From Klebsiella pneumoniae (GTDB lineage Bacteria > Myxococcota_A > UBA9042), in contig CAMDBH010000008.1 in the NCBI GenBank assembly GCA_945889325.1, positions 10,118 through 74,117 on the forward strand: a stretch of 64,000 bases of DNA, read 5' to 3'. The notes under the pieces were generated by a model. It was not told the DNA's origin. It was given only the letters and a program-made list of their open reading frames with translations, and did no database searches. Shown one piece after another: positions 54,901-63,000 of the stretch; within the stretch, counting starts at the first letter, position 1, and each line of letters starts with the position of its first letter. The position numbers and the translations under genes are program-made.

Positions 54901-55184
54901 GCACTGGGTGTCATGGCGGACCCGGCGGATCGGGCGGATTTTCCATGGGGCAGACCTGCGACGCGATTTACACGGGGATTGTTAATAAGACTACAAATAC
55001 ACCCAATTGTGCGTCTAAGACCTATGTCAAACCGAGTAGCGCCAGCGGCAGTTTGGTTTGGCTCAAGGCAGACCCGAATGCGGTCCAAGCGTGCGGCGGG
55101 AAAATGCCTTTGGGTTCCAGCGGCGTGTCGCAAGCCGATGCGGACATGTTGAAGGCTTGGATCGATGGCGGCGCGCTGAAGTAG
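51945..55184 (+). CDS. Giant Cys-rich repeat lipoprotein 3 (1079 aa), with a C-terminal CxxCH PSCyt1-like domain
   Basis: The ATG at 51945 has AGGAG upstream. The lipobox is MFRRATVGFVLILAGC. An acidic linker is followed by a DDGDLCNG module and about 30 four-Cys repeats. The C-terminus reads VILGNGCTGCHGG...VKPSSASGSLVWLKA...CGGKMPLGSSGVSQADADMLKAWIDGGA. Confidence 0.85.
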   Translation: MFRRATVGFVLILAGCEDAVVEGPVDLGDAVAGDIATDVVQDIAAVDTGPDVTVADVAAADLGSEVADVPAVEEVGPDAEVQTESDVAPDVAEDIAPDIAPDSGPEVAIDAGCQNDLQCVVMDDGDLCNGIWRCKAGTCEPDPTSAVVCAAVPQCNLNICAPKTGKCEAGFVINGVICDDGSVCTASDACNAAGICVGKGIVCDDKNVCTTDSCDKTTGCVFTANTIACDDGNACTKDDACANQLCGGVGFDCDDKNVCTDDLCKPVVGCTHSANALVCDDGSACTTGDVCAANICAGKTFSCDDKNVCTNDSCNAVTGCVNAPNSILCNDGSACTVTDGCAGGKCVGKALACDDSNLCTDDACNPASGCVFSASSIACDDGSKCTTGDACAASLCKGLAVNCDDSNPCTTDACAPASGCTHVNNTGPCSDGTLCTTGDVCNGGLCKTSPVNCDDNNACTDDGCDQAAGCVHVNNSVSCNDGTLCTASDACAAGVCKGVAVNCDDSNVCTSDICAGLTGCKHNPILGVCSDNNACTNSDTCTNGACVGGTVNCNDVNVCTDDSCDVIKGCQHAANTASCDDGSGCTVGDICASSLCKSGPAKVCNDNDSCTSDSCSGVSGKCVYSKILGCAGGGGCKIDADCNDNDLCTNDVCNVGAGCISTFNAAACNDGNACTSGDACTVGLCQGAAAVCDDKNPCTDDTCKAATGCSFINNLQACDDGSACTSDDKCAAGVCGGANICDDSNACTTDSCGANNSCVHTPIVGLCDDGNACTGGDSCATGACVGKVISCDDKNVCTDDACSAKSGCAHVSNTSGCDDGNSCSSADICAGGLCAGKGLICDDKNPCTTDTCGNNGCIFTNNTAGCDDASACTSGDVCSAGNCSGVAIACDDGNSCTDDSCDKATGCAHANNAAACSDSNLCTTGDFCSGGLCKAGVAKSCDDANACTTDSCDAATGNCVNSPILGCGATPTWTDTCNKVILGNGCTGCHGGPGGSGGFSMGQTCDAIYTGIVNKTTNTPNCASKTYVKPSSASGSLVWLKADPNAVQACGGKMPLGSSGVSQADADMLKAWIDGGALK
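52475..54845 (+). repeat. In-frame tandem array of four-Cys repeats of about 25 aa (protein 3)
   Basis: The period is the same as in proteins 1 and 2. Confidence 0.8.
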
Positions 55185-55253
55185 GCGTTGGTCTGTTGCC
55201 GGTGGCTCGTGCGGCAAAAACGACCAATTCCGCCAAACCCCTGTCATTTCATG

Positions 55254-55283
55254 GATCAGAAAAAGGGTGCCCTCCCACTTTTT
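55254..55283 (+). repeat. A5 motif copy with A5/T5 inverted repeat: GATCAGAAAAAG-GGTGCCCTCCCA-CTTTTTG
   Basis: The copy lies 70 nt after the stop of Cys-repeat gene 3 and upstream of the next lipoprotein gene. Confidence 0.6.
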
Positions 55284-55339
55284 GCGCATCGTCGGACTCT
55301 CCGCTACGCTTAAGGGCCACCGGTGGGCGACACAACAAA

Positions 55340-56575
55340 ATGACGCGAGAAATCCTTATTAGCCTCACCTTCACAGCGCTGTGCGGCTGCTACGACGACA
55401 CCACGGATCGCCCTGCGCCTGCAAATACCCTAAATAATATCGGTTTTACCCTCGCCGCCTCCAAACGTGTCTTGGTGGTCGTCGATTCCGACTACGCCTC
55501 GTCCGCGGTCGCCTTCGTCGACCTCACCAGCGGTGAAGTGGCCTCAAAAATCCTGACATCCGGCACAAAAGTCTCCGCAACCACCACGGCGCTCAGCGGT
55601 GATCTCGTCGTTGCCCAATCGCCGGCTTTGGACCTCACGGCTGTGCTTGTCGATCGCAACCACAGCGTTATTACCTGGATCGGGCGCGGCGGGGGCATCT
55701 CACAACTATCCGTATCTACGGGATTTGCTGCAAATCCTCAGGACTACGCACAAGTTTCAGCGCAGTACGGCTGGGCGTCGCGCAATGCCCGCAATCCGTT
55801 GCCGTCGGCCCCAACCGACGATTTCGACGAAGGCGACGACTTGGTCGAAATCGACCTAGCGACGCACAAGATCGTGCGCCGCGTACCCCTTGGCGCGCAC
55901 ACGAGCCTGCCCGGGGCCGCCGCTGGAGCGATGCGCATGGCGTTCGACGGCGTGTCACTTTGGGTGCCGCTGTCGTCGATCAGCGCCGATTTCAAAGCGC
56001 AAGGCGCCGGACGTGTCCTTGCCGTTGATGCCAAAGCTGCCGCCATTGTGGCTACGGTTGACCTACCGACAACCAAAAATTGCACGACGGTGCGCTACCT
56101 TGCAAAAACGCAGCGGTTGGCTGTCGCTTGCTCGGGGTCATTTGCAGAGCCGACCAAGCAAACGCAACAGAGCGCCATCGCGGTGTTTTCGGCGGCGACG
56201 CCTTCGGATGCAGAAATTGTCTTTCAAGCTAATGAGTTGCCTGGTGGGACCCCTTTTTCCAAAGACTTCGTTTGCCTAGACGAGCGCCACTGCGCCGTCA
56301 TCGGTTTCGGCGATTTCGCCATCGGCCGCCCCGACAAATTGTGGCATCTCGACCTAGTCACCCGCAAAGCAACCTTTGTCGCCAATTGCGCCGCCCCTTT
56401 CGCCGGCAGCGGCCTATTTGCCGATGCAGCCACCGGCATCGTCTGGCTCGGCGAACGCAAACGCAGCAACGGCGACCTGCGACGATTCGATTTCACCAAC
56501 GGCAACAAAGAATTGCCCGCGATCTCCAGCAATCCTGGCGGCCTCGGCGCCACAGAGTTCGGCGCGATGCAATGA
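55340..56575 (+). CDS. Hypothetical lipoprotein, beta-propeller-like
   Basis: The internal ATG at 55340 gives MTREILISLTFTALCGC. The sequence is beta-rich and repetitive (VLVVVDSDYASSAVAFVDL..., VLAVDAKAAAIVATVDL...). No domain was recognised with certainty. Confidence 0.6.
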   Translation: MTREILISLTFTALCGCYDDTTDRPAPANTLNNIGFTLAASKRVLVVVDSDYASSAVAFVDLTSGEVASKILTSGTKVSATTTALSGDLVVAQSPALDLTAVLVDRNHSVITWIGRGGGISQLSVSTGFAANPQDYAQVSAQYGWASRNARNPLPSAPTDDFDEGDDLVEIDLATHKIVRRVPLGAHTSLPGAAAGAMRMAFDGVSLWVPLSSISADFKAQGAGRVLAVDAKAAAIVATVDLPTTKNCTTVRYLAKTQRLAVACSGSFAEPTKQTQQSAIAVFSAATPSDAEIVFQANELPGGTPFSKDFVCLDERHCAVIGFGDFAIGRPDKLWHLDLVTRKATFVANCAAPFAGSGLFADAATGIVWLGERKRSNGDLRRFDFTNGNKELPAISSNPGGLGATEFGAMQ

Positions 56576-56796
56576 CACCGCCAAACGCTGACCGTTAGCG
56601 AGCGCACCGGCGCTGCGGCTTCTGCCGCCGCCTCGCCGACCGGCGTTCGTCGAAGGCACCCCTCTTGAATTTTCGCAATAAGCGACCAATGTTCTTCCAT
56701 GCCCCACCGCCAGCGCCCCACCCGCGCTGATCGCCGCCGCAAACGCCAACTTCGGTCGCTAATCTCGCCGAATCTCGGCGAATTTTGGCTTGACAC

Positions 56797-56816
56797 TTGG
56801 CATTTTTGCTGCTAAT
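56797..56816 (+). promoter_or_regulatory. Sigma-54-type promoter-like element P2 (TTGGCATTTTTGCTGCTAAT) upstream of the 998-aa lipoprotein gene
   Basis: The sequence is TGGCAT-N5-CTGCT with correct GG-N10-GC spacing, about 125 nt upstream of the ATG at 56940. The palindrome TCGCCGA-ATC-TCGGCGA lies at 56765-56781. Similarity to the P1 region extends over about 50 nt. Confidence 0.45.
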
Positions 56817-56939
56817 TCCCCCGCACCGCGCGTCACCTGCGCCAAACGGCACCGCGGTGGTTGCTGCCTGCCTGTGCCACTCTTTCTGCCCAACCGGGCA
56901 TGTTCGACCCGTGTCATCACCGGGTCTTGGATTTTTCGA

Positions 56940-59936
56940 ATGAAAACCAGCACATTCAAAAAAATCGCCTGCTTTCGCCGCCGCGCACTGAGCGTGCTGA
57001 CCGTGTTGTGCGCTCTCGCGACCAGCGCCTGCGAAGACGGTCCCTATCAGACATTCAGCGCGGCGCCGACAGGGGCGCAAAAACGTTGGAACGACGGCAC
57101 GCCGCCAGCCAATGCAAATCCACCTGCTTCTCAGGGTTTTGCCAGCGATTTTGCGGGCGGCGGCAACAAGCAGGAGATTTGCACTGGCGAGGAGCGGGCA
57201 AAGCGCTGGGCGGCAATGGTCCACGAGCCGATTATCCCGCCGACGCAGGCAGCCGGCTTGGACGGTGCGGGCGGGGCGGCGTGGCAAGGGCTGACTGTGG
57301 AGCAAGCGGAGAAAATCAACTGTCAAAGCACGTCCTTGGGCGATTATTACGGCGACGGCACGTTGGTCAATCTGTGGGGCGACAACGGCGAGGTTTTGAT
57401 CAACTATAGCTTGTCAAACCACAATAAAATTGTCGGGATTTCCTTGTCGACCGGTTACTTGGGCGCGTTGAATTTCAAAAGCCGCGATGGCAAAAACAAC
57501 TTCCAAATTGTGCTTAACACCCAGATCACCAAGAACGGCAATCCGTACCAAGTGGATTGGGATGACGACGCCAAATTTAACATTGAAGCGACTGAAATTG
57601 CAGATGCTTTGCTTGCAACGTACGCGCCGCAATTGCCGGCCGAAAACATCAAGGCGGGCAGTTGTATCGCCAATGGCCATTGCACCAAGGCGCTGTATCC
57701 GGATCAAGCCGCGCTGCGGGTTTGGCCGTTGGGCGTGCATTTGTCAGCCGATTACCCGTATTCGGCCCAGCCGATTCCGTCCAAATTCACAGGCATTGAC
57801 CTCAGTATGCCGCGGGTGATGCCGTATTCACTGGCGGCCACGCAGATGAAATTGGACAAGCAGGGCCCCCTTGCGCAAATCGGCGGATTGGGCGGCGGCG
57901 CCAAGACCTGCAAGATCGAACTGGGCATGACTTGGAAGGAATTCTTGGCCAATTGCGTCAATGTGACGGGTAAAAAGGAGCTAGACGATGTGGCCTACGC
58001 CAAGCTGACGGGCAACATCGGTCACGGCGCGGAGTCGTTTTTGTTCGATACTTCCGGCATCGACGTCAATTTCTTGTCGTCGACGCTGGCGCCGTTTGAA
58101 GTATTGCTGGATGCCGATCGACCCCAAGACGGCGACAAGGCCGACAGTGTGAGCATCGATGCCGAATCACTTGGAGTATTTACGAATGATTACGCAAATG
58201 ATGGCAAGACGCAGGATTTGCACGGCACAGGGGCCATCTACTTCGAATACGCGCGGCTGGTGCAAGCCGAGATCAACCGCCAGATTAAGCTCAAGAATCC
58301 CGCGGCTGTGACACATGAACTGGGAGATCCGGCCTGCCTTTTCCCCGATTCGGCCAACTTTGACCCTGCAACCTTCAAATACGCTGAAAATTGCACAGGT
58401 TTTGAAGGTTTTTTGACCCCGCTTGCGCCCTTGACCGACAAAGCCGGCGTGGCGATGCCGGTGGACGTCAGCCCGACCAACCGCTTGCGTTTGGGCGTCG
58501 ATGCCGCCGAGATCATTGGCGCTTTGGGCATGAAGCCGGGCAAGCCGCTGGCGGCCTTTTGCATGGACGCCAACGGCAACTTTGATACTGGCTATTTTTA
58601 TTGCGGCACGGGCGACAAATACGGTGCAAAAGGCGCGTTTTGGGATGTGTCGTATCAGCGGGTGCTCAGCGTGTTGGGCAAGGGGCAACTGACCAATCTG
58701 CCACTGGAATGTCGCGATAGGCGCTTCTACTTCCGCATGTACGCCACGGCCGTGGTCAAGTACCTGACAGTCGCAGCCGATCCGCTGGTTGTCGATCTCA
58801 GCGCCGTCGACATCGATTTGAACAACTTGATCTTCGACACCGAGGGCTCGGGGCAGTCCGAATCGGCCGAGTTCATCGACCGGCGTTTTGTCTCGGGCAC
58901 CCAAGCGCCGTTAGATTTTGTGATCGCCGCCGATATCGTCAACGGTACGCTTTATAACTACAGTTTTGCGCGCTATCTCGTGCGCGAAGAAGCTGCGATG
59001 TACCAGGCGATGACGGAGAAGTCAGGTACCCCTCTGGGCAAGGAAAATGGCTTGAGCCTGACAAATGTCTTTGGTAGTCCAGTGTTAGCTAACGGTTGGA
59101 CGGATCACGAGGTCAAGGGCGCCGCCAAGAAATCGGCGTATCAATGTGCGACGGCCGATTGGAAGACCAAAGACGAATACACCAAAATTTACAGCGCTTG
59201 TGAAGGAGAGTTGCCGCCACTGGATCCGACTTATGCCACAGATCCGACCGATCCGACGGCGCCGCCGGCGATGCCGCTGCGTGAAAATGGCAAACCGTAT
59301 TTGACGCCATACAAAGGCGCATTTGCGGGCAGCGAAACGCCATTTTCCCTTGGTTCGGCGCGCATCGACGTTGAAGCGACGTTGCCCGCATTGGCGTCGG
59401 CCAAAGTCAAAATCCACCGCACAAGCGACCCGTACGACCCAGAAAGCAGCGCGCTTGCACCGATTGCGGTCCTGGTGCCTTGGTTGCCACCGCAGCCGGG
59501 CTCGGGCTATTTTGTGCCGACCAACGCGCAGCAGGACAAGTTAATTGAAGCAGGACTCATTGATTTTTCCGGCGTGACGACCAGTTTTAGCGTTTATTAC
59601 CATCAAGTTGAGCAGACAGACGGTGGCTTGGGCCCTGTGCAAATCGCCGCCGTGGAGGCCAAGACCTTTCTGGGCGACGTATTCCTCTGCCAAGATCCGC
59701 AGTCCCGCGACATCCTGCGCACGCGCATGTACGGGTCGGTGCAAGCGATTATTGAATGGATCGATGCACATCCAGGTGTTTACGACGCCTGCGGCCTGCT
59801 CATCCGCTACAGCCCTTACGACAATTTTCCCGACTTCATCTTGTCGACTGTCAACGGCGTGCGTATCGGCGTAAGTCAAGGCGGCGGTTACGGTCGCGTC
59901 AATGACGCCACGCTGTCGTACGTCGAAACGAACTAA
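56940..59936 (+). CDS. Large orphan lipoprotein (998 aa), no recognisable domain
   Basis: The internal ATG at 56940 gives MKTSTFKKIACFRRRALSVLTVLCALATSAC. The reading frame is long and uninterrupted with coding-like composition. Confidence 0.65.
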   Translation: MKTSTFKKIACFRRRALSVLTVLCALATSACEDGPYQTFSAAPTGAQKRWNDGTPPANANPPASQGFASDFAGGGNKQEICTGEERAKRWAAMVHEPIIPPTQAAGLDGAGGAAWQGLTVEQAEKINCQSTSLGDYYGDGTLVNLWGDNGEVLINYSLSNHNKIVGISLSTGYLGALNFKSRDGKNNFQIVLNTQITKNGNPYQVDWDDDAKFNIEATEIADALLATYAPQLPAENIKAGSCIANGHCTKALYPDQAALRVWPLGVHLSADYPYSAQPIPSKFTGIDLSMPRVMPYSLAATQMKLDKQGPLAQIGGLGGGAKTCKIELGMTWKEFLANCVNVTGKKELDDVAYAKLTGNIGHGAESFLFDTSGIDVNFLSSTLAPFEVLLDADRPQDGDKADSVSIDAESLGVFTNDYANDGKTQDLHGTGAIYFEYARLVQAEINRQIKLKNPAAVTHELGDPACLFPDSANFDPATFKYAENCTGFEGFLTPLAPLTDKAGVAMPVDVSPTNRLRLGVDAAEIIGALGMKPGKPLAAFCMDANGNFDTGYFYCGTGDKYGAKGAFWDVSYQRVLSVLGKGQLTNLPLECRDRRFYFRMYATAVVKYLTVAADPLVVDLSAVDIDLNNLIFDTEGSGQSESAEFIDRRFVSGTQAPLDFVIAADIVNGTLYNYSFARYLVREEAAMYQAMTEKSGTPLGKENGLSLTNVFGSPVLANGWTDHEVKGAAKKSAYQCATADWKTKDEYTKIYSACEGELPPLDPTYATDPTDPTAPPAMPLRENGKPYLTPYKGAFAGSETPFSLGSARIDVEATLPALASAKVKIHRTSDPYDPESSALAPIAVLVPWLPPQPGSGYFVPTNAQQDKLIEAGLIDFSGVTTSFSVYYHQVEQTDGGLGPVQIAAVEAKTFLGDVFLCQDPQSRDILRTRMYGSVQAIIEWIDAHPGVYDACGLLIRYSPYDNFPDFILSTVNGVRIGVSQGGGYGRVNDATLSYVETN

Positions 59937-60010
59937 CTGACGGCAGTGCTGCCTCGGCGCGGCCCGTTGCAACGTGTGTGTCTGCGCATCGCGCGCAAGT
60001 AGGTGATCAG

Positions 60011-63000
60011 ATGGTCAAATTCAGTCATGTCGCCGTTCGGTTGCTGCTTTTGTGTTTGGCGGCATCGGCTTGCGTACAAGATCGCCCGGCGCGCAACGGC
60101 GTGTTCAATGAGAATCAGTACCTACGCAAGGATTTCCTAATCCAGGCCGGCAACGGCGCGACGACGGATCCGGGCTGGTTTGTGAAAGCGACGGTGGTTG
60201 AAACGTCGTCGCCCAATCCTCTCGGCGGTGAAGCCATTGATTTGTTTCCGGGTCTTGAAAATGGCGGTGCCTACGTGCGCTTTCGCGTCACCCAAGACAA
60301 GTTGGAAATGGTCAGTTTGCGCGAACTTGGTCCAGATGCCGTCGGGAAAACCCAAACGGTTATCAATAGTTGGCCGGCGACCAACGTCGACTTGAAATTC
60401 CGCGTCAATTTAGACGGTGAGAACACCAATTTTTACGAAGAAAACCAAGAACTGGACTGGGACGTGCGTCAGTGGGTCAAATTGCAGTTTAATGTCAATG
60501 ATGGCGGCGACTTGCTGATGTTTGGACCGTACACCGGCGCGGGCTTGCAGCGCTGCACCGATCTGGGCCACGCCACGGTGACGCTGGTGCCCGATTCATA
60601 CTATGTCTTAGAAGATCAAGGCTATTTCCAATGGATCGAGGAGATTTCCTTGCCATTGCAGTGGAATGACGACACCTGTTACCAAGAATTTGGCGCAGCC
60701 GGCGATACTGCCCTGTCTTTGGGCCGTTCGCACGTGACTTTGCGCATCATGTTCAGCATGATGCGCGCCAATCCAGCGCCGACGTATCAGCCGCTGCAAG
60801 TGCAGGAAAAAGATCCGATCCACCACAAGTACGGCCCGATCGAGTTCTTAAGCATCGCCCGAGACCCGGACAGCGGTTTGCTGGCGGCGCGCAGCTTGGT
60901 CATGCGATTTGATCCCAAAAACCCGATGATGACTTGGTATTTTGCCCAAGGCTATCCAGAAGCATACAAGAAGCATTTCACCGACAAGAACGGCATCGTC
61001 GATCAAACCAATGCAATCCTGACCGCGGCCGGTGCGACCTTGCGTATGGAAGTCAAGAACTTTGATCAGGATCTGGCCAAAGATGAACGGCCACGGCAGT
61101 ACGGCGACATTCGCTACAATTTCCTGCGCTGGATGAGCGACAAGGATACCCAAGACACTTTTGCCGGTGTGGCGCAGTTCATTACAGATCCGCGGACGGG
61201 TGAGACGCTGTCAGCCTCGATCAACTTGAACGATTTTGCGATTAAAGACGAATATGTGCAGCGCATCGACTTCTATTTGCAGCAGATCGGCGCCAGCGCA
61301 AACATCAACAGCGCTGACGCTTGGCCCGACTTGTGCCCCAATGGCACCGCGCCCGCTTGCCGCAACGCCGACGATGCGGTCACGCCCTGCGCGGCCAACC
61401 AAGCCAAAGTCTGCGCCAAAGCCGCCGCAGTCGGCACGTGCGCTGAAGGTGCGGTGGCGGCGCTGGACGAGAAAAAGGTGGTGACGCTGCACAACACCAA
61501 TTCATCGCTCTTTGGCAAGATGCAGGAATACTTGCAAAAGCCGGTGGCGGATGTAGGTCCGCTTGGGCCAAAGGATTTTATCGCCAAGCAAGACCAAGAT
61601 TTTTACAACGCTTATTACGCGGTTTTGCCGTATTGGATTTACGCCGATCCGTGGATGAACTTGTTTGTCATGCCCGAAGGTCAAGACGGCGTCTACGGGC
61701 CGGAGGAAATTTGGAAGTCTTTGGCCGATGAAGCGGAATTTCACAAATTGACCGGTGCCATCGATCACGGCAAACAGCCGATTGCGGGCATGGCTGGCAA
61801 AGATGGGCTGGCCAACACCGCGGCTTTCCTTAACAAAATGAAAAAGCTCACCCGCAACCACGTCGAATTGCCGCGCAAACTGCAGCGGGCGCATAGTCGA
61901 GTCAAGAAAGACGTGCCAGCGGCGTTTTCCTTCCTAGAAATGATGAAGAAGAACGCGCGCCATTGTGTCGGCGGCAAATGGGAGACCAAGGAGCAATGGA
62001 CCCAAGCGTTTATCGATAGTTACTGGAGCCAAGTGATGTGGCATGAATTTGGCCATGTGCTAGGGCTGGAGCACAACTTCATGGCTTCGGTCGATAGGCC
62101 AAACTTTCCGACGTACAAAATCGGTGACACCACGAATGTGAGCATGTATTCGTCCAGCGTGATGGAATACAACGCCGCGCCGGATCGGGTGTTTTGGCAT
62201 CCCGGCTTTGGGCCCTACGATGCCGGTGCCATCGCTTGGATTTACGCCAACACCCAGAAAAGCGGCAAAGGCGGCAGCAGCATTTCCGGCCAAGTCAGCG
62301 CGACCGCGCCGTGGAACGACCCACTGGGCTTTAACAAAGACGGCAAGGAAACGCAGTTTTTATATTGTTCTCATCAGCACTTGCAGTATACACCCCTTTG
62401 CCGCATGGGCGATTCCGGGACCACGCCGAGCGAAATTATCGCCAACGACATCGACCGCTATGAATGGCAGTACCAATGGACCAATTTCCGCGTCTATCGC
62501 AAGTTCTGGGATCTACATGCTTATGCCGATGCGCCGGCGACGATGATAACCGAGTTGCGCCGCTTCTTGCCGATGTGGACCACCGATTGGGCGCCGGACG
62601 TGTTGGTCGACGCTTTTCGGCGGGTCGGCGTGGTCAATCCGGCGGCAAAAGGCTCTGATGTCGATTACTACGACACCTTGGTGTCAAAATTCAACAAGGA
62701 AGCGTCGCAAGCCAATCAGATGATGGCGGCTTTCCATAAGGCCGTGATTCAACAGTCTTCTGGTGAGCGACCCTTTAGCACGACCTACGACAAGTTTTAC
62801 GGCGACGTGACGCAGCAAGGCATCATTTTGGACAAACTTTTTGCGATGCAGGCCTTTGTCGGGCTTTGGCCGATCGACAATTACGACTTGAATCAAACCG
62901 AAGGCTATTACATGGCCAGTTTTTCTGAAGCAGGCGACGCGTCTTACAACGCTGTCGCCGAAGACGTCGTGGCCAGCATGATCGGCGGTCAATACGATGT

